Shown here in pieces: positions 1 to 10,243 of a stretch of DNA of 64,000 bases (the stretch's first letter is position 1; the number at the start of each line of letters is the position of its first letter). The notes below the pieces were generated by a model, which saw nothing but the letters and a program-made list of their open reading frames with translations, did not search any database and was not told where the DNA came from. The stretch is from the NCBI GenBank assembly GCA_965213685.1, contig CBDBZY010000043.1, forward strand, positions 1 to 64,000. The letters are read 5' to 3'. The DNA comes from a bacterium (lineage in GTDB: Bacteria; UBA8248). The position numbers and the translations under genes are program-made.

Positions 1-63
1 TGGTGCATCTGCACCATCTGCTGCGCGCGGGCGTGGTGTAGGCGCGCCTGCGGATATGCCGCC

Positions 64-807
64 TCACTCCCATCCCGAAGGCCCGAAGACCAGCAGGGCG
101 ATCGCCGCGGCCATCATCAGTCCCAGGCCGCCGGCGTAGCCGAGGGCTGGCGGAAAGCGTCCGCGCAGCATCCTGCCGAGGAGAAAGCCGGCGACGGCGG
201 GGAGGACCGATATGGCCGAGCGGGCGGATTCCGCCGGGCCGAGGGCGCCCGCTCCGCTCAGCATCGCCACCTGAACGCTCGCGAACGCCAGTGCGCAGGT
301 GTACATCAGCCGCATCATGCGGGCGCGGCCCGCGCCCGTGCTGTCGAGGTATATGACGCTCAACGGGCCGCCGGAGAAGGAGAAGCCGCTCAGTCCGCCG
401 GCGAAGAATCCGGCGAGATAGGTGAAAAAGGTCTCATCCCGCATGTCGAGCTGTATTCTTTGGCGCGAGACGCCGTAGGCCGCCAACAGCAGGACGATGG
501 CGCCCACCGACCATTTGAGGAACGTGGGCGGGCTGGAGACGAGAACGAGCACGCCGACGGCGGCGCCCGCTGCGCCCGCGCCGAGAAAGGGCATGAGGCG
601 TCTGAGCGACGCGGCGGGAACCCCGCTCCCGAGTGCCCGAATCGCCATCAGGATGAGGTTGGGGAGGGAGAGGACGAGCACGGAGTCCCGCACCCCGAGG
701 AGAGAGGCCAGCGCCGGCGTCGCCACCAGGCCGAAATCGAACCCCGCGGCCCCCTCCAGGAGGGCGGCGGCGAAAACGAGGAGCGTGATTTCCCAGGATG
801 GCCACAT
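64..807 (-). CDS. Sulfite exporter TauE/SafE family membrane protein
   Basis: 247-aa hydrophobic ORF with N-terminal 'G.AGF.FGLVATP.L' and second-half 'GG.SGFSFSGGP' repeats typical of TauE/SafE. Confidence 0.8.
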   Translation of the reverse strand: MWPSWEITLLVFAAALLEGAAGFDFGLVATPALASLLGVRDSVLVLSLPNLILMAIRALGSGVPAASLRRLMPFLGAGAAGAAVGVLVLVSSPPTFLKWSVGAIVLLLAAYGVSRQRIQLDMRDETFFTYLAGFFAGGLSGFSFSGGPLSVIYLDSTGAGRARMMRLMYTCALAFASVQVAMLSGAGALGPAESARSAISVLPAVAGFLLGRMLRGRFPPALGYAGGLGLMMAAAIALLVFGPSGWE

Positions 808-826
808 CGGGTTCGGCGACGCCCCG

Positions 827-1811
827 CTACAGGTTCAGAAGGGACTGAATGTTCTTGTGCGAGACGTTCGCGTATTCCTCCTGGCTCAGCCCTGATTTTT
901 CCAGCGTCTCGACAGCCTGGCCGTCCGTCATGTCGTAGGGCAGGTCCGTGCCCAGCAAAACCCGCTCGCCGCCCATGACGTCCACCAGGAACCGGACGAC
1001 GGGCGGGTGAAACACGAGCATGTCCAGGTAGAAGTTCGCGCGGAGATACTCCAGGGGGGGGGCGCGATATGTTTCGGCACTCGGGCCGCACCTTCCAGCC
1101 GTGGGCGAAACGCCCGATGAGGTAGGGTGCGGTTCCTCCGCCGTGGAGAAAGATGAACGTCAGGTCGGGCAGCCTGTCAAACAGGCCGGAGAAAATCAGG
1201 CGGCCGATGCAGTTCGCACTCTCCGTGGGGAATCCGACCAGGTTGAACAGGTGGTAGTCCTTCATCTGTTCCTTGCCCGCCGGATTGGCCGGGTGAACGA
1301 TGATGGGCACCTTCATGTCCGCCGCCGCTTCATACAGCGGGTAGAAGCCCTCGTCATCGAGGTATCGCCCGTTCACGTTCGTGCCCAGAAAGCCGCCCTT
1401 GAGTCCCAGCTGGCACACCGCCCGCTCCAGCTCCCGCACCGAGAGGGGGACGTTCTGGGCGGGCAGGGCGGCGAGGGCGTGAAATTTGTCCGGATGTTTC
1501 TCGACGATCCCCGCGTATGCGTCGTTGGCCGCCTGGGAGAGGTCCTCCCCTAGCGCGTCGTCCGCCCAATAGACGCCCGGGTTCGAGGAGAATGAGAGAA
1601 TGTTCATGTCCAGTCCCATCTCGTCCATGGTCCGGAGGCGCAGGTCGACGTCCGTGAACGGCGCAAGCGGCGGGTGCGTCAAGCCCCGGATGTCCACGCG
1701 GCGGCGGCCCTCTCCGTCGGTGAAGAGCCGGACGCCATGGCGCGGCCCCTCTTTCTCCAGGATTTCCAGGTACGCCTCCGGGTATATGTGGCAATGGGCG
1801 TCAATGTGCAT
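827..1811 (-). CDS. Amidohydrolase_2 family metal-dependent hydrolase/decarboxylase (ACMSD-like), frameshifted
   Basis: Motifs 'IDAHCH', 'IIVHP', 'HGGG', with 'LLGTDLPY' in the 827..1021 frame; the frame switch falls at the long G run near 1054-1062. Confidence 0.85.
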
Positions 1812-1849
1812 TCTCGTCCTCTCGGTGGCTGGATGGGGTCGGGTGGGAT

Positions 1850-1878
1850 AGTTAGCACCCGCTGGTGCGGGGTGTCAA
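1850..1878 (-). promoter_or_regulatory. Putative sigma70 promoter for the amidohydrolase/TauE pair
   Basis: TTGACA at 1878-1873 on the minus strand followed about 18 nt later by TAACT. Confidence 0.4.
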
Positions 1879-1940
1879 CGAGAGACGGCGCGGGCCGGTG
1901 CCTCCCCCATGACAGGAGGAGGCCGCGCGAGGAAGGGAGT

Positions 1941-2696
1941 TCAGGGTTTGACGGCCCGAATGGTCGCGCTCTCCAGCTCCGGGGTTACGTAGGGCCTTCT
2001 GCGGAGGATTTCCACGTCGGTAAAACCGGCCGCCCGCAGTCCGTCCCTGTACGCATCGGCCCGAATGGCGCCCGCGACGCACGCGCACCAATCCTCCAAG
2101 GAGGCTTCCTGCGCGGGTTCGGCCACCTCGATGACGTCCGACACGACAAAGCGTCCGCCCGGGCGCAGCACGCGAAAAGATTCCCGAAACACGGCGGATT
2201 TGTCCGGCGAAAGGTTGACCACGCAGTTGCTGATGATGATGTCGACCGCGTCGTCTTCCAGCGGCATGCTCTCCATCTCGCCCTTTCGGAACGCCACGTT
2301 CTCAAGCCCCAGGCGCCGCCTGTTTCTCTCCGCCTTCTCCAGCATGGCGTCCGTCATGTCCAGGCCGATGACGCGCCCCCGGCGCCCCACCTCCTTCGCG
2401 GCGAGAAAGCAGTCCAGGCCGGCGCCCGACCCGAGGTCCAGCACCGTCTCGCCCGGTTTCGGGGCTGCGTCGAGGATCGGATTTCCGCATCCCGCGTTGG
2501 AGTGCAGGACGTCGTCCGGAAGTTGCCGAACGGCTTCCTCGGCGTAGCCGATGGCCGCCACGTTCGCGGTGCCCGTGACCATCTCCTCGGTGCGCGGAGT
2601 TCCGCAGCAGGCGGTCTCCCCGGCGGCGACCTGCGCGTAGAGGTCGCGGACGGCGCTTTTTATCCGCTCCTCCGCATCGCGGCATCCGGAATCCAT
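1941..2696 (-). CDS. arsM: Arsenite S-adenosylmethyltransferase-like protein
   Basis: N-terminal 'CCG', 'GCGNP', SAM motif '[11 protein letters not shown]', 'ISNCVVNL', 'WCACVAGA'. Confidence 0.8.
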   Translation of the reverse strand: MDSGCRDAEERIKSAVRDLYAQVAAGETACCGTPRTEEMVTGTANVAAIGYAEEAVRQLPDDVLHSNAGCGNPILDAAPKPGETVLDLGSGAGLDCFLAAKEVGRRGRVIGLDMTDAMLEKAERNRRRLGLENVAFRKGEMESMPLEDDAVDIIISNCVVNLSPDKSAVFRESFRVLRPGGRFVVSDVIEVAEPAQEASLEDWCACVAGAIRADAYRDGLRAAGFTDVEILRRRPYVTPELESATIRAVKP

Positions 2697-2996
2697 GGCT
2701 CTCCAAACCCTCCCGCCGGCGCGCGGGTCTTAGGACGCTTTCGATGAGGCGCGCACCTGGAGACGCCCACCTGATCGCGGCCATGGTAGCAGGTATGCGC
2801 GAGGGAAAAAAAGGGGGCGGGGGGAGGCGGGGGGCCTGTCGTCTCATACCGGACGTCCGCATGACGTGCGCCCGGGCGTCGCGCAGCGTCTCCCGTGCCG
2901 CATCTTCCCGAAATCGCGCGCGGCAAGTTGCGGGAAAACCGTTCTCGTGCAAACTTGCACCGGAAATGCCCGCCTTCCTTTGTGATATGTTGAGAC

Positions 2997-5729
2997 ATGG
3001 CTGAGCGCAAAAAACAAATCTACCTGATAGACGGCTCGGGCTACATGTTCCGGGCCTATTACGCCATGATGCGCCAGCGCCTCTCGAACTCGAGGGGAAC
3101 GCCCACGGGCGCCACCCTGGCGTTCGCCCGAATGCTCCTGAAGGTGATTCGCGAGCGGGCGCCCGAATACGTCGCCGTCGCCTTCGACGTGTCGGAACCC
3201 ACGTTTCGCCACGACATCTACCCCGCCTACAAGGCGAACCGCGACGCGGCGCCCGAGGATTTGGTCGAGCAAATCCCCTATATGCACCGCGTCATCGAGG
3301 TACTGCGCATTCCCCTCCTCACCCAGGCGGGTGCCGAGGCGGACGACATCGTCGGCACGCTGGCCGCGCGCGCGGAGGCGGAGGGCTACGAGGTCGTCCT
3401 GGTCACCGCCGACAAGGATTTCGCCCAGCTGGTTTCTCCCCATACGCGCATCTGGGACCCGATGAAGGACGAGGAGATGGGCCCGGAGGAGGTGGAGGCC
3501 AGGTGGGGGGTGCCGCCGGAGAAGTTCGTGGACGTCCAGGCGCTCATGGGGGACTCCACGGACAACATCCCGGGCGTGCCGGGCATCGGGGAGAAAACTG
3601 CCGTCGCCCTCGTGCGGCAGTTCGGCGGGCTCGACGCGGTGCTCGCCTCCACCGACCAGATCAAGCGGCCCAGGCAGCGGCAAAATATCGAGGAAAACGC
3701 GGAGATGGCGAGGCTCTCCCTCGCACTCTGCACCATCAGGCGCGACCTCGTGCTTGAGGGGGACCTCGAGTCGTGCCGCCTGGGCGCCGCCGACTTCGAG
3801 GCGGGCAGGAAGCTCTTCGTCGAGGAGCTGGAGTTCCGGAACATCCTTGACCAGCTTCCCGGATACGACGCATTCGCCCCGGCGGAAGACGCGCCCGGGG
3901 AGGCGGTCCCCGCATCGGGGACGGAGGGGAGCGACTACCATGTCGTCCGCACCCCGGAGGAGTTGCAGTCGATGCTCGGAGAGCTGGCGCAAGCGGGGCG
4001 TTTCGCGTTCGACCTCGAGACCACCTCGCTCAACCCCATGAGGGCGCGCATCGTGGGCCTGAGTTTCTCGGCCAGCCCGGGCCGCGCGTTCTACGTTCCC
4101 GTGGGCCATGAAGCCGTCGGTTCCGGTTCCCAGCTTCGGCTGGAAGACGTGCTCGGGGAAGTCTCAGGGCTGCTGGAATCTTCCCGAATCGAGAAGATCG
4201 GCCAGAACATCAAATATGACGTCGCGGTGCTCAAGCAGGCGGGGCACGAGGTGTGCGGCCCCCTGTTCGACACCATGCTCGCCTCCTACCTGCTGTTCTC
4301 CGGCCGCGCGAGCCACGGCATGGACCATCTGGCCGAAGAGTTTTTCGGGATCAAGACGATCAAATACGCTGACCTGTGCGGCAAGGGTGCCAAGGCGATC
4401 CCATTCTCCCGGGTGCCCATCGGCGCGGCGGCGTCCTACGCCTGCCAGGACGCCGACCTGACGTATCGCCTGGCCGAGGAGATGGCCCCCCGGCTGCGGG
4501 GCGACGGGCTGATGGACCTGTTCGAGCGGCTGGAGATTCCCCTCCTGCGCGTCCTGCTGGACATGGAGTGCGCGGGCATCCGGCTGGATCAGCAATTTTT
4601 GCACAACATGAGCAAGGAGCTCGAAACGCGCCTCGAGCAGATGCGCGGCCACATCCACGGGCTGGCGGGCGAGGAGTTCAACATCAACTCCACCAAGCAG
4701 TTGCGGGTCATCCTCTTTGAGAAGCTGAATCTCCCGATTCTCAAGAAAACGAAGACCGGCGCCTCCACCGACATCGACACGCTGGAGAGGCTCGCCCCCC
4801 GCCACCCCCTGCCCCAGGAGATTCTGAGTTTCCGGCAGCTCTCCAAGCTCAAGAGCACCTACGTCGACACCCTGCCGGAGCTGGTGAATCCGGCCACGGG
4901 CCGCATCCACGCGCACTTCAACCAGACCGTCGCCGCCACCGGCCGGCTCAGCAGCTCCGACCCCAACCTGCAGAACATCCCCATCCGCACGGAGCTGGGC
5001 CGCCAGATACGCCGCGCCTTCCTGCCCGAGGAGGGCTGGAAGCTCCTCTCGGCGGACTACAGCCAGATCGAGCTGCGGGTTCTGGCGCATTTCACGAACG
5101 ATCCGGGTCTCGTCGGCGCCTTCGACAAGGGGGAGGACATTCATGCGACGACCGCCGCCGCCGTCTACGGCGTGGCGCTCGATGAGGTGGACCCCGAGAT
5201 GCGCCGCGTCGCCAAGGCGGTGAATTTCGGCATCATCTACGGGCAGGGGGCCTTTGGCCTCTCCCAGGCCATCGGCATCTCCCAGGCGGAGGCGCGCTCG
5301 TTCATCGATACCTACTTCGAGCGCTTCGCCAACGTGCCCGCCTTTGTGGAGAAGACCATCGGGGAGGGGGGGAGGAGCGGCTACGTTTCCACCATCATGG
5401 GGCGGCGCAGGTATCTTCCCGACCTGAACAGCAGGAACCGCAACCTGAAAAACGCGGCCAGGCGAACGGCGGTGAATTCCGTCATCCAGGGCAGTGCCGC
5501 CGACATCATCAAGCTCGCGATGATCGCCATCGCCGATCGCCTCCAGGGGGAGGGGATGCGGGCGAGGATGCTCGTGCAGGTGCATGACGAGCTTCTGTTC
5601 GAGATACCGCCCCGTGAACTCGCGAGCGTCGCCGCCCTGGTCGAGGAGGAGATGAGGGGCGCCATGCGCCTGAACGTTCCGCTCGAGGTGGACGTGAGCG
5701 CGGGCGAGAACTGGGGCGCGCTGAAGTAG
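2997..5729 (+). CDS. polA: DNA polymerase I
   Basis: 5'-3' exonuclease 'LIDGSGYMFRAYYA', 3'-5' exonuclease 'FDLETT', polymerase motifs 'DYSQIELR', 'KAVNFGIIYG', 'VHDEL'. Confidence 0.99.
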   Translation: MAERKKQIYLIDGSGYMFRAYYAMMRQRLSNSRGTPTGATLAFARMLLKVIRERAPEYVAVAFDVSEPTFRHDIYPAYKANRDAAPEDLVEQIPYMHRVIEVLRIPLLTQAGAEADDIVGTLAARAEAEGYEVVLVTADKDFAQLVSPHTRIWDPMKDEEMGPEEVEARWGVPPEKFVDVQALMGDSTDNIPGVPGIGEKTAVALVRQFGGLDAVLASTDQIKRPRQRQNIEENAEMARLSLALCTIRRDLVLEGDLESCRLGAADFEAGRKLFVEELEFRNILDQLPGYDAFAPAEDAPGEAVPASGTEGSDYHVVRTPEELQSMLGELAQAGRFAFDLETTSLNPMRARIVGLSFSASPGRAFYVPVGHEAVGSGSQLRLEDVLGEVSGLLESSRIEKIGQNIKYDVAVLKQAGHEVCGPLFDTMLASYLLFSGRASHGMDHLAEEFFGIKTIKYADLCGKGAKAIPFSRVPIGAAASYACQDADLTYRLAEEMAPRLRGDGLMDLFERLEIPLLRVLLDMECAGIRLDQQFLHNMSKELETRLEQMRGHIHGLAGEEFNINSTKQLRVILFEKLNLPILKKTKTGASTDIDTLERLAPRHPLPQEILSFRQLSKLKSTYVDTLPELVNPATGRIHAHFNQTVAATGRLSSSDPNLQNIPIRTELGRQIRRAFLPEEGWKLLSADYSQIELRVLAHFTNDPGLVGAFDKGEDIHATTAAAVYGVALDEVDPEMRRVAKAVNFGIIYGQGAFGLSQAIGISQAEARSFIDTYFERFANVPAFVEKTIGEGGRSGYVSTIMGRRRYLPDLNSRNRNLKNAARRTAVNSVIQGSAADIIKLAMIAIADRLQGEGMRARMLVQVHDELLFEIPPRELASVAALVEEEMRGAMRLNVPLEVDVSAGENWGALK

Positions 5730-5835
5730 CCGGGGCGTTCGCCGCGCGCGCCATCAAATCGGGTGCGGCGCTCCCCCCTCCGCCTGGAATGCGGATGCGC
5801 GCTCGTCGAATTCTCCAGGAGGAGGCGGTTTCTTC

Positions 5836-6501
5836 GTGTCCAACCTCTACGCCATCGGCGACGTCCACGGCCAGCTCCGGATGCTGGAGACCCTGGTGGA
5901 GCGCGTTCCCTTCCGGGAGGAGGATGAAATCGTCTTTCTCGGGGATTTCATCGACCGGGGGGATGACTCGCGGGGCGTGGTGGAGTTTTTGATGGAGTTC
6001 AAGTGCCGATACCCCGGGACCGTGTGCTTGCGCGGCAACCACGAGGACATGTTTCTGGATCATCTCGCCGGAGGCGGAAGCTACTACCCGGGCGTCTACG
6101 TCATGAACGGCGGCATGGAGACCCTGAGGAGCTATGGGGCGGGCCCAAGAGGGGAGGTTCGGCTGCCGCCCCGCCAGAAAGAGTTTTTTGACGCACTCGC
6201 GTGGATGCATGAGGCCCGCGGGTTCATCTTCGTGCACGCGGGCCTGCGGCCGGGGGTTCCCGTCGACCGGCAGGATCCGATGGATCTGGTCTGGATACGG
6301 GAGGAGTTTCTGGGGGCGGAGCATGATTTTGGCAGGCCCGTCGTTTTTGGCCACACGCCGGCCTTCGAGGTGAGAAACAGGCTCCCCCTGTTCTTGGGCA
6401 TCGACACCCGCGCGGTGACCGGCGGGTGCCTGACGTGCGTGCAGCTCGCCGACGGCGCCCTCGTGGAGTGCTACCAGGTATCCGCCCGAGAGGTGCGGTG
6501 A
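5836..6501 (+). CDS. Calcineurin-like metallophosphoesterase (Ser/Thr phosphatase-like)
   Basis: 'IGDVHG', 'GDFIDRG', 'RGNHE', 'FVHAG', 'FGHTP'. Confidence 0.92.
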   Translation: MSNLYAIGDVHGQLRMLETLVERVPFREEDEIVFLGDFIDRGDDSRGVVEFLMEFKCRYPGTVCLRGNHEDMFLDHLAGGGSYYPGVYVMNGGMETLRSYGAGPRGEVRLPPRQKEFFDALAWMHEARGFIFVHAGLRPGVPVDRQDPMDLVWIREEFLGAEHDFGRPVVFGHTPAFEVRNRLPLFLGIDTRAVTGGCLTCVQLADGALVECYQVSAREVR

Positions 6502-8808
6502 GTGGAATTCCTCGCGCGGCGCGACCCGGGCGCCATCCCCGACGAGGAGACGATTCTCGCCCTGCTCATGGAGGAGGGCCGGCCCATGGCCGTCCGCGAG
6601 GTGGTGCGCTTGCTTCGGGTGGCGGCCGATCAGCGTCCTGTGCTCAGAAAGCGCTTGCGCGCCATGGCCGAGGCGGGCGCCCTGACCCGGGTGCGCGGCC
6701 GCTACGCGGCCCCCGGCTCCCTCCGCGTTTGCGAGGGAGTCTTTCGCGGCCATCGGCAGGGTTATGGGTTCGTCGTCCCTGGCGCGGCGGCGGGCGAGGA
6801 GAGAGCCCCCGACATCATGATCAAGAAAAGCCGCACGCGGGGCGCCATGGATGGGGACGTGGTCTCCGCCAGGGTGGAGAGGGTCCAGCCGGACGGAAGG
6901 CGCGAGGGCAGCGTGCTCTGCGTGCTGGAGCGCGCGCACGAAACCCTGGTGGGCAGGCTCTGCGTGGAGGGGGGGAGTGCCTGGGCACAGCCCCAGGAAG
7001 ACCGCATCCCCCATCTCGTGATGCTCGACGCCGGGCAAAGTCTGCGCGCGGCGAGGCGCGGCGAATGGGTGGAGGTGGAGATCAGCCGCTATCCGTCCCA
7101 AGGAGAGCCGGCCAGGGGGCGGGTGCTTCGGTCGTTCGGTTATCCCGAAGACCCGGCGGCCGAGCAGAGGATGGTGCTCGCCAAGCACGGGATGCGTGCG
7201 GATTTTCCCCGGGAAGTCCTGGACGAGGAGGCGGGGGTGAACCCGCCCGGGGAGGATGAGCCGTTTCCCGGGGGCGTGGAGGATTTTCGGGGGCTGGTCG
7301 CCTTCACCATAGACCCTTTTGACGCGCGGGACAGGGACGACGCGGTGTCGATAGAAAATCTCGGCTTTGGCGGCCGCCGCCTCGGCGTGCACATCGCCGA
7401 CGTGGGCCATTACGTGCGGCCCGGCGGGGCGATGGACAAGGAGGCGCTCGCGCGCGGAACGAGCGTGTATTTCCCGGATCGGGCCATCCCGATGCTGCCG
7501 CCCCGCCTCACGGGCGAGGTGTGCTCCCTGCGCGCGGGCACCACCCGCCGCACCCTGAGCGCCCTCATCGATTTCGACCGACATGGCAGGCAGACGGCGC
7601 TGCGGCTCACCTTCGCGCGCATCCGCTCGCGCGCCTCTTTGACCTATCGGGGCGCGGCCGCCGTGCTGGAGGGCGGGGGGATTTCCCCGGCGGCCGAGGT
7701 GGAGCGCGCCCGCGCGCTCGAGGCGCCGCTCCGGGAGTTGGCCGCCCTCGCGGAGAGGCTCCGCGCGCAGCGCATGAAGGGGGGCAGCCTGGATTTCGAT
7801 CTGCCGGAGGCCCGCCTCCTGCTCGATGCGGAGGGAGCCCCCGCGGGCGTCGAGCGCGCGCCGAGAACGTCGGCGCACCGCCTGATTGAGGAGTGCATGC
7901 TGGCGGCGAATCGGGCGGTGGCCGAATATCTCGCCCATGCGGGCGGCGCCTCGGTCTTCCGCGTCCACGCGCCTCCCGGCGAGGAGAGCCTGGAGGGCGT
8001 CCGCGTGCTTCTCTCGAGGCTGGGCCGCAAGGCGCCGCGCCTCTCCGCCCTGAAGCGCCCGGGAGGGCTGCAGGAGGTGCTGGACGCCGCCCGAGGCTCC
8101 GAGGCGGAGCGCTGCGTGAACCTGGCCGTTCTCCGGAGCATGCAGCTCGCGCGCTATGCGGCCGCCCCCGCCCCGCACTTCGGGTTGGGCTTTGAGCGCT
8201 ACGCGCACTTCACCTCGCCCATTCGCCGCTACGCGGACCTGTGCGTTCACAGAAGGCTGCAGGCGCTCATGCGGGGCGATGGGCGAAAGCCGCCGGCCGA
8301 GCGAATCGCCGCCCTTTGCCATGAGGTTTCCGAGAAGGACAGGACGGCGGAGGACGCCTCGCGCGAGATGATGGATTTCATGAAGGCGCTTTTCATGCGG
8401 GAGAAGATTGGCGAGCGCTTCCGCGGGCACGTCTCGGGCGTCGCGAATTTCGGGATTTTCGTGGAGCTGGACGAGGTGTTCGTGGAGGGTATGGTGCCGC
8501 TCGAGTTCATGACGGATGATTACTACCGCTTCGTTCCGGAGGAGCACGCGGTTCTGGGCGGCAGGACGGGCCGGCGGTTTCGCCTGGGCGACGCCGTCTC
8601 CGTGCGGGTGGAGGGCGTCGATTTGGGAGCGCGGCGCGTCACCTTTCAGCTGCAGGCGGGCGGCACGCGGGAGCTGGCCGGCCATGCGCCCGATTTGCGC
8701 CGCGCCCTCGCGCCCGCCGGTCGCCGGCACCACGGGGGAGAGGGGCGACCGGGCCCCCGGCGCAAAAAGGAGGGGAAACCGGCGGCGAGGAGGGGACGCC
8801 GCCGCTGA
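6502..8808 (+). CDS. rnr: Ribonuclease R
   Basis: RNB motifs 'FTIDPFDARDRDDA', 'HFTSPIRRYADL', C-terminal S1 domain and basic tail; lies upstream of smpB. Confidence 0.95.
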   Translation: MEFLARRDPGAIPDEETILALLMEEGRPMAVREVVRLLRVAADQRPVLRKRLRAMAEAGALTRVRGRYAAPGSLRVCEGVFRGHRQGYGFVVPGAAAGEERAPDIMIKKSRTRGAMDGDVVSARVERVQPDGRREGSVLCVLERAHETLVGRLCVEGGSAWAQPQEDRIPHLVMLDAGQSLRAARRGEWVEVEISRYPSQGEPARGRVLRSFGYPEDPAAEQRMVLAKHGMRADFPREVLDEEAGVNPPGEDEPFPGGVEDFRGLVAFTIDPFDARDRDDAVSIENLGFGGRRLGVHIADVGHYVRPGGAMDKEALARGTSVYFPDRAIPMLPPRLTGEVCSLRAGTTRRTLSALIDFDRHGRQTALRLTFARIRSRASLTYRGAAAVLEGGGISPAAEVERARALEAPLRELAALAERLRAQRMKGGSLDFDLPEARLLLDAEGAPAGVERAPRTSAHRLIEECMLAANRAVAEYLAHAGGASVFRVHAPPGEESLEGVRVLLSRLGRKAPRLSALKRPGGLQEVLDAARGSEAERCVNLAVLRSMQLARYAAAPAPHFGLGFERYAHFTSPIRRYADLCVHRRLQALMRGDGRKPPAERIAALCHEVSEKDRTAEDASREMMDFMKALFMREKIGERFRGHVSGVANFGIFVELDEVFVEGMVPLEFMTDDYYRFVPEEHAVLGGRTGRRFRLGDAVSVRVEGVDLGARRVTFQLQAGGTRELAGHAPDLRRALAPAGRRHHGGEGRPGPRRKKEGKPAARRGRRR

Positions 8809-8975
8809 GCCCGCAAGCGCGCTTCGGGCTCATGAATCCCCCCGCCCGGGGGGGATGAAATTTCCATGTAGCGAAAAATCTCGCGAAGGCCTATATTGGT
8901 TCTGGATGACGGGATGGGCGGGGGGAGCGATGCGCTCCTTTTCTTTTTCCCTGGTTTTTTGCGGAGCGGGGGGCG

Positions 8976-9440
8976 ATGGCGGGCGGCGTGAAGATCATCG
9001 CGGAGAACAGGCGCGCCCGCGCCGATTACGCGATTGACGAAACCTACGAGGCCGGCCTTGTCCTCACGGGGACGGAGGTGAAGTCCCTCCGCGAGGGCCG
9101 CGCGAACCTGAAGGAGAGCTATGGCGACATCATCGATGGCGAGGCCTGGCTGGTCGATTGCCACATCAGCCCCTATGGGCACGGCAACGTCCACAACCAC
9201 CCGCCCACGCGCCGGAGAAAGCTGCTGCTTCACAAACGCGAGATCGGGCGCCTCATCGGCCGCGTGCATGAGAAGGGGATGGCGCTCGTGCCGATGAAGA
9301 TGTACTTCTCCCGCGGCCGCGCCAAGGTGGAGATCGGGGTGGGCAAGGGCAAAAAGCGCCACGATCGCCGCGAGGAGCTGAAAAAGCGCGCCGCCAATCG
9401 CGAAATCGAACGCGCACTCCGGGAGAGGAATCGGGGATGA
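8976..9440 (+). CDS. smpB: SsrA-binding protein
   Basis: 'NRRARADY', 'EAGLVLTGTEVKSLR', 'RKLLLHKREI', 'GKGKKRHDRR'. Confidence 0.98.
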   Translation: MAGGVKIIAENRRARADYAIDETYEAGLVLTGTEVKSLREGRANLKESYGDIIDGEAWLVDCHISPYGHGNVHNHPPTRRRKLLLHKREIGRLIGRVHEKGMALVPMKMYFSRGRAKVEIGVGKGKKRHDRREELKKRAANREIERALRERNRG

Positions 9441-9643
9441 GGCGTATTTTCAGGGAATATACGATGTCCTGGTGGCAGGTGAGCCTGCTGAAAGTCTCGA
9501 TGGCGGCGTTCGGACTGGCCCTCGGCGCCACCTGGCCGGGCGCCTTTCAGGGATGGGTGTCCTGGATATGGCTGATGTTCGCGCTGCCCGCCGCCTACCT
9601 GTGCGCCGTGTTCTACCCCAGGATGTGGGGCCGGCGAAGATAG
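9437..9643 (+). CDS. Small two-helix membrane protein of unknown function
   Basis: 68 aa with two hydrophobic segments; start overlaps the smpB stop (ATGA coupling). Confidence 0.6.
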   Translation: MRRIFREYTMSWWQVSLLKVSMAAFGLALGATWPGAFQGWVSWIWLMFALPAAYLCAVFYPRMWGRRR

Positions 9644-9708
9644 CGCGCGTCGAATCGGACCCCTGGGCACACGATCGCCGCCCCGGGGGCCGACGTTCAT
9701 TTCACCAT

Positions 9709-10069
9709 GGGGGCGATCTGGCTTCGACGGGAGGATTTGAAGTCTGAGCTGCGTGCCGGGGACGCCACTTGGCCCCGTTATCAATGTGGCAAAATCACAC
9801 CAGCCGACAACGAGCTGGCTCTCGCTGCCTAGACGCTAGCGAGCGCTCCCCCTCACCCAGTCCGCGGGGGAGGTGCGGAGCGTCATGATGCGGACTAGCC
9901 GACCCAGGTTTCTGTCCGGAGCCTGAGAGGCGAATTCCAATCGGACTAGCCCGGAGGATGGCCCGCCGGTGGGCCGGAGCCCGGGCGAAACCCTCTCCAC
10001 CGGCTACGCACGTAGACGCTCACGACGGAAGCCTTGCGGACGCGGGTTCGATTCCCGCCGCCTCCACCA
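9709..10069 (+). ncRNA. ssrA: tmRNA; tag reading frame ADNELALAA* at 9803-9832
   Basis: 5' GGGGGCGA...GCTTCGAC, 3' GCGGGTTCGATTCCCGCCGCCTCCACCA, internal tag ending in ALAA-stop, downstream of smpB. Confidence 0.97.
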
Positions 10070-10243
10070 TTCTTTCGCCCGTCGCGCACGACGGGGTGGG
10101 CGCGTGCGTTGCGCCTCGGAGCCGCCGGGCCTTACAATGCGCCGATAATTTGTGCGGTGTCGCCGCCGAACGGCTTTTCCGCGCGATTCGCAGCATGGTG
10201 CCCCCGCATCAGGTCCGGCGCGTTCGGGAAGAGGGCGAAAGGC

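Noticed and set aside
5509-8733. Very long antisense ORFs (also 17543..20050, 29038..32316, 44936..47407, 58665..61190)
   Set aside because: They are shadows of real genes caused by high-GC codon bias and carry no protein motifs
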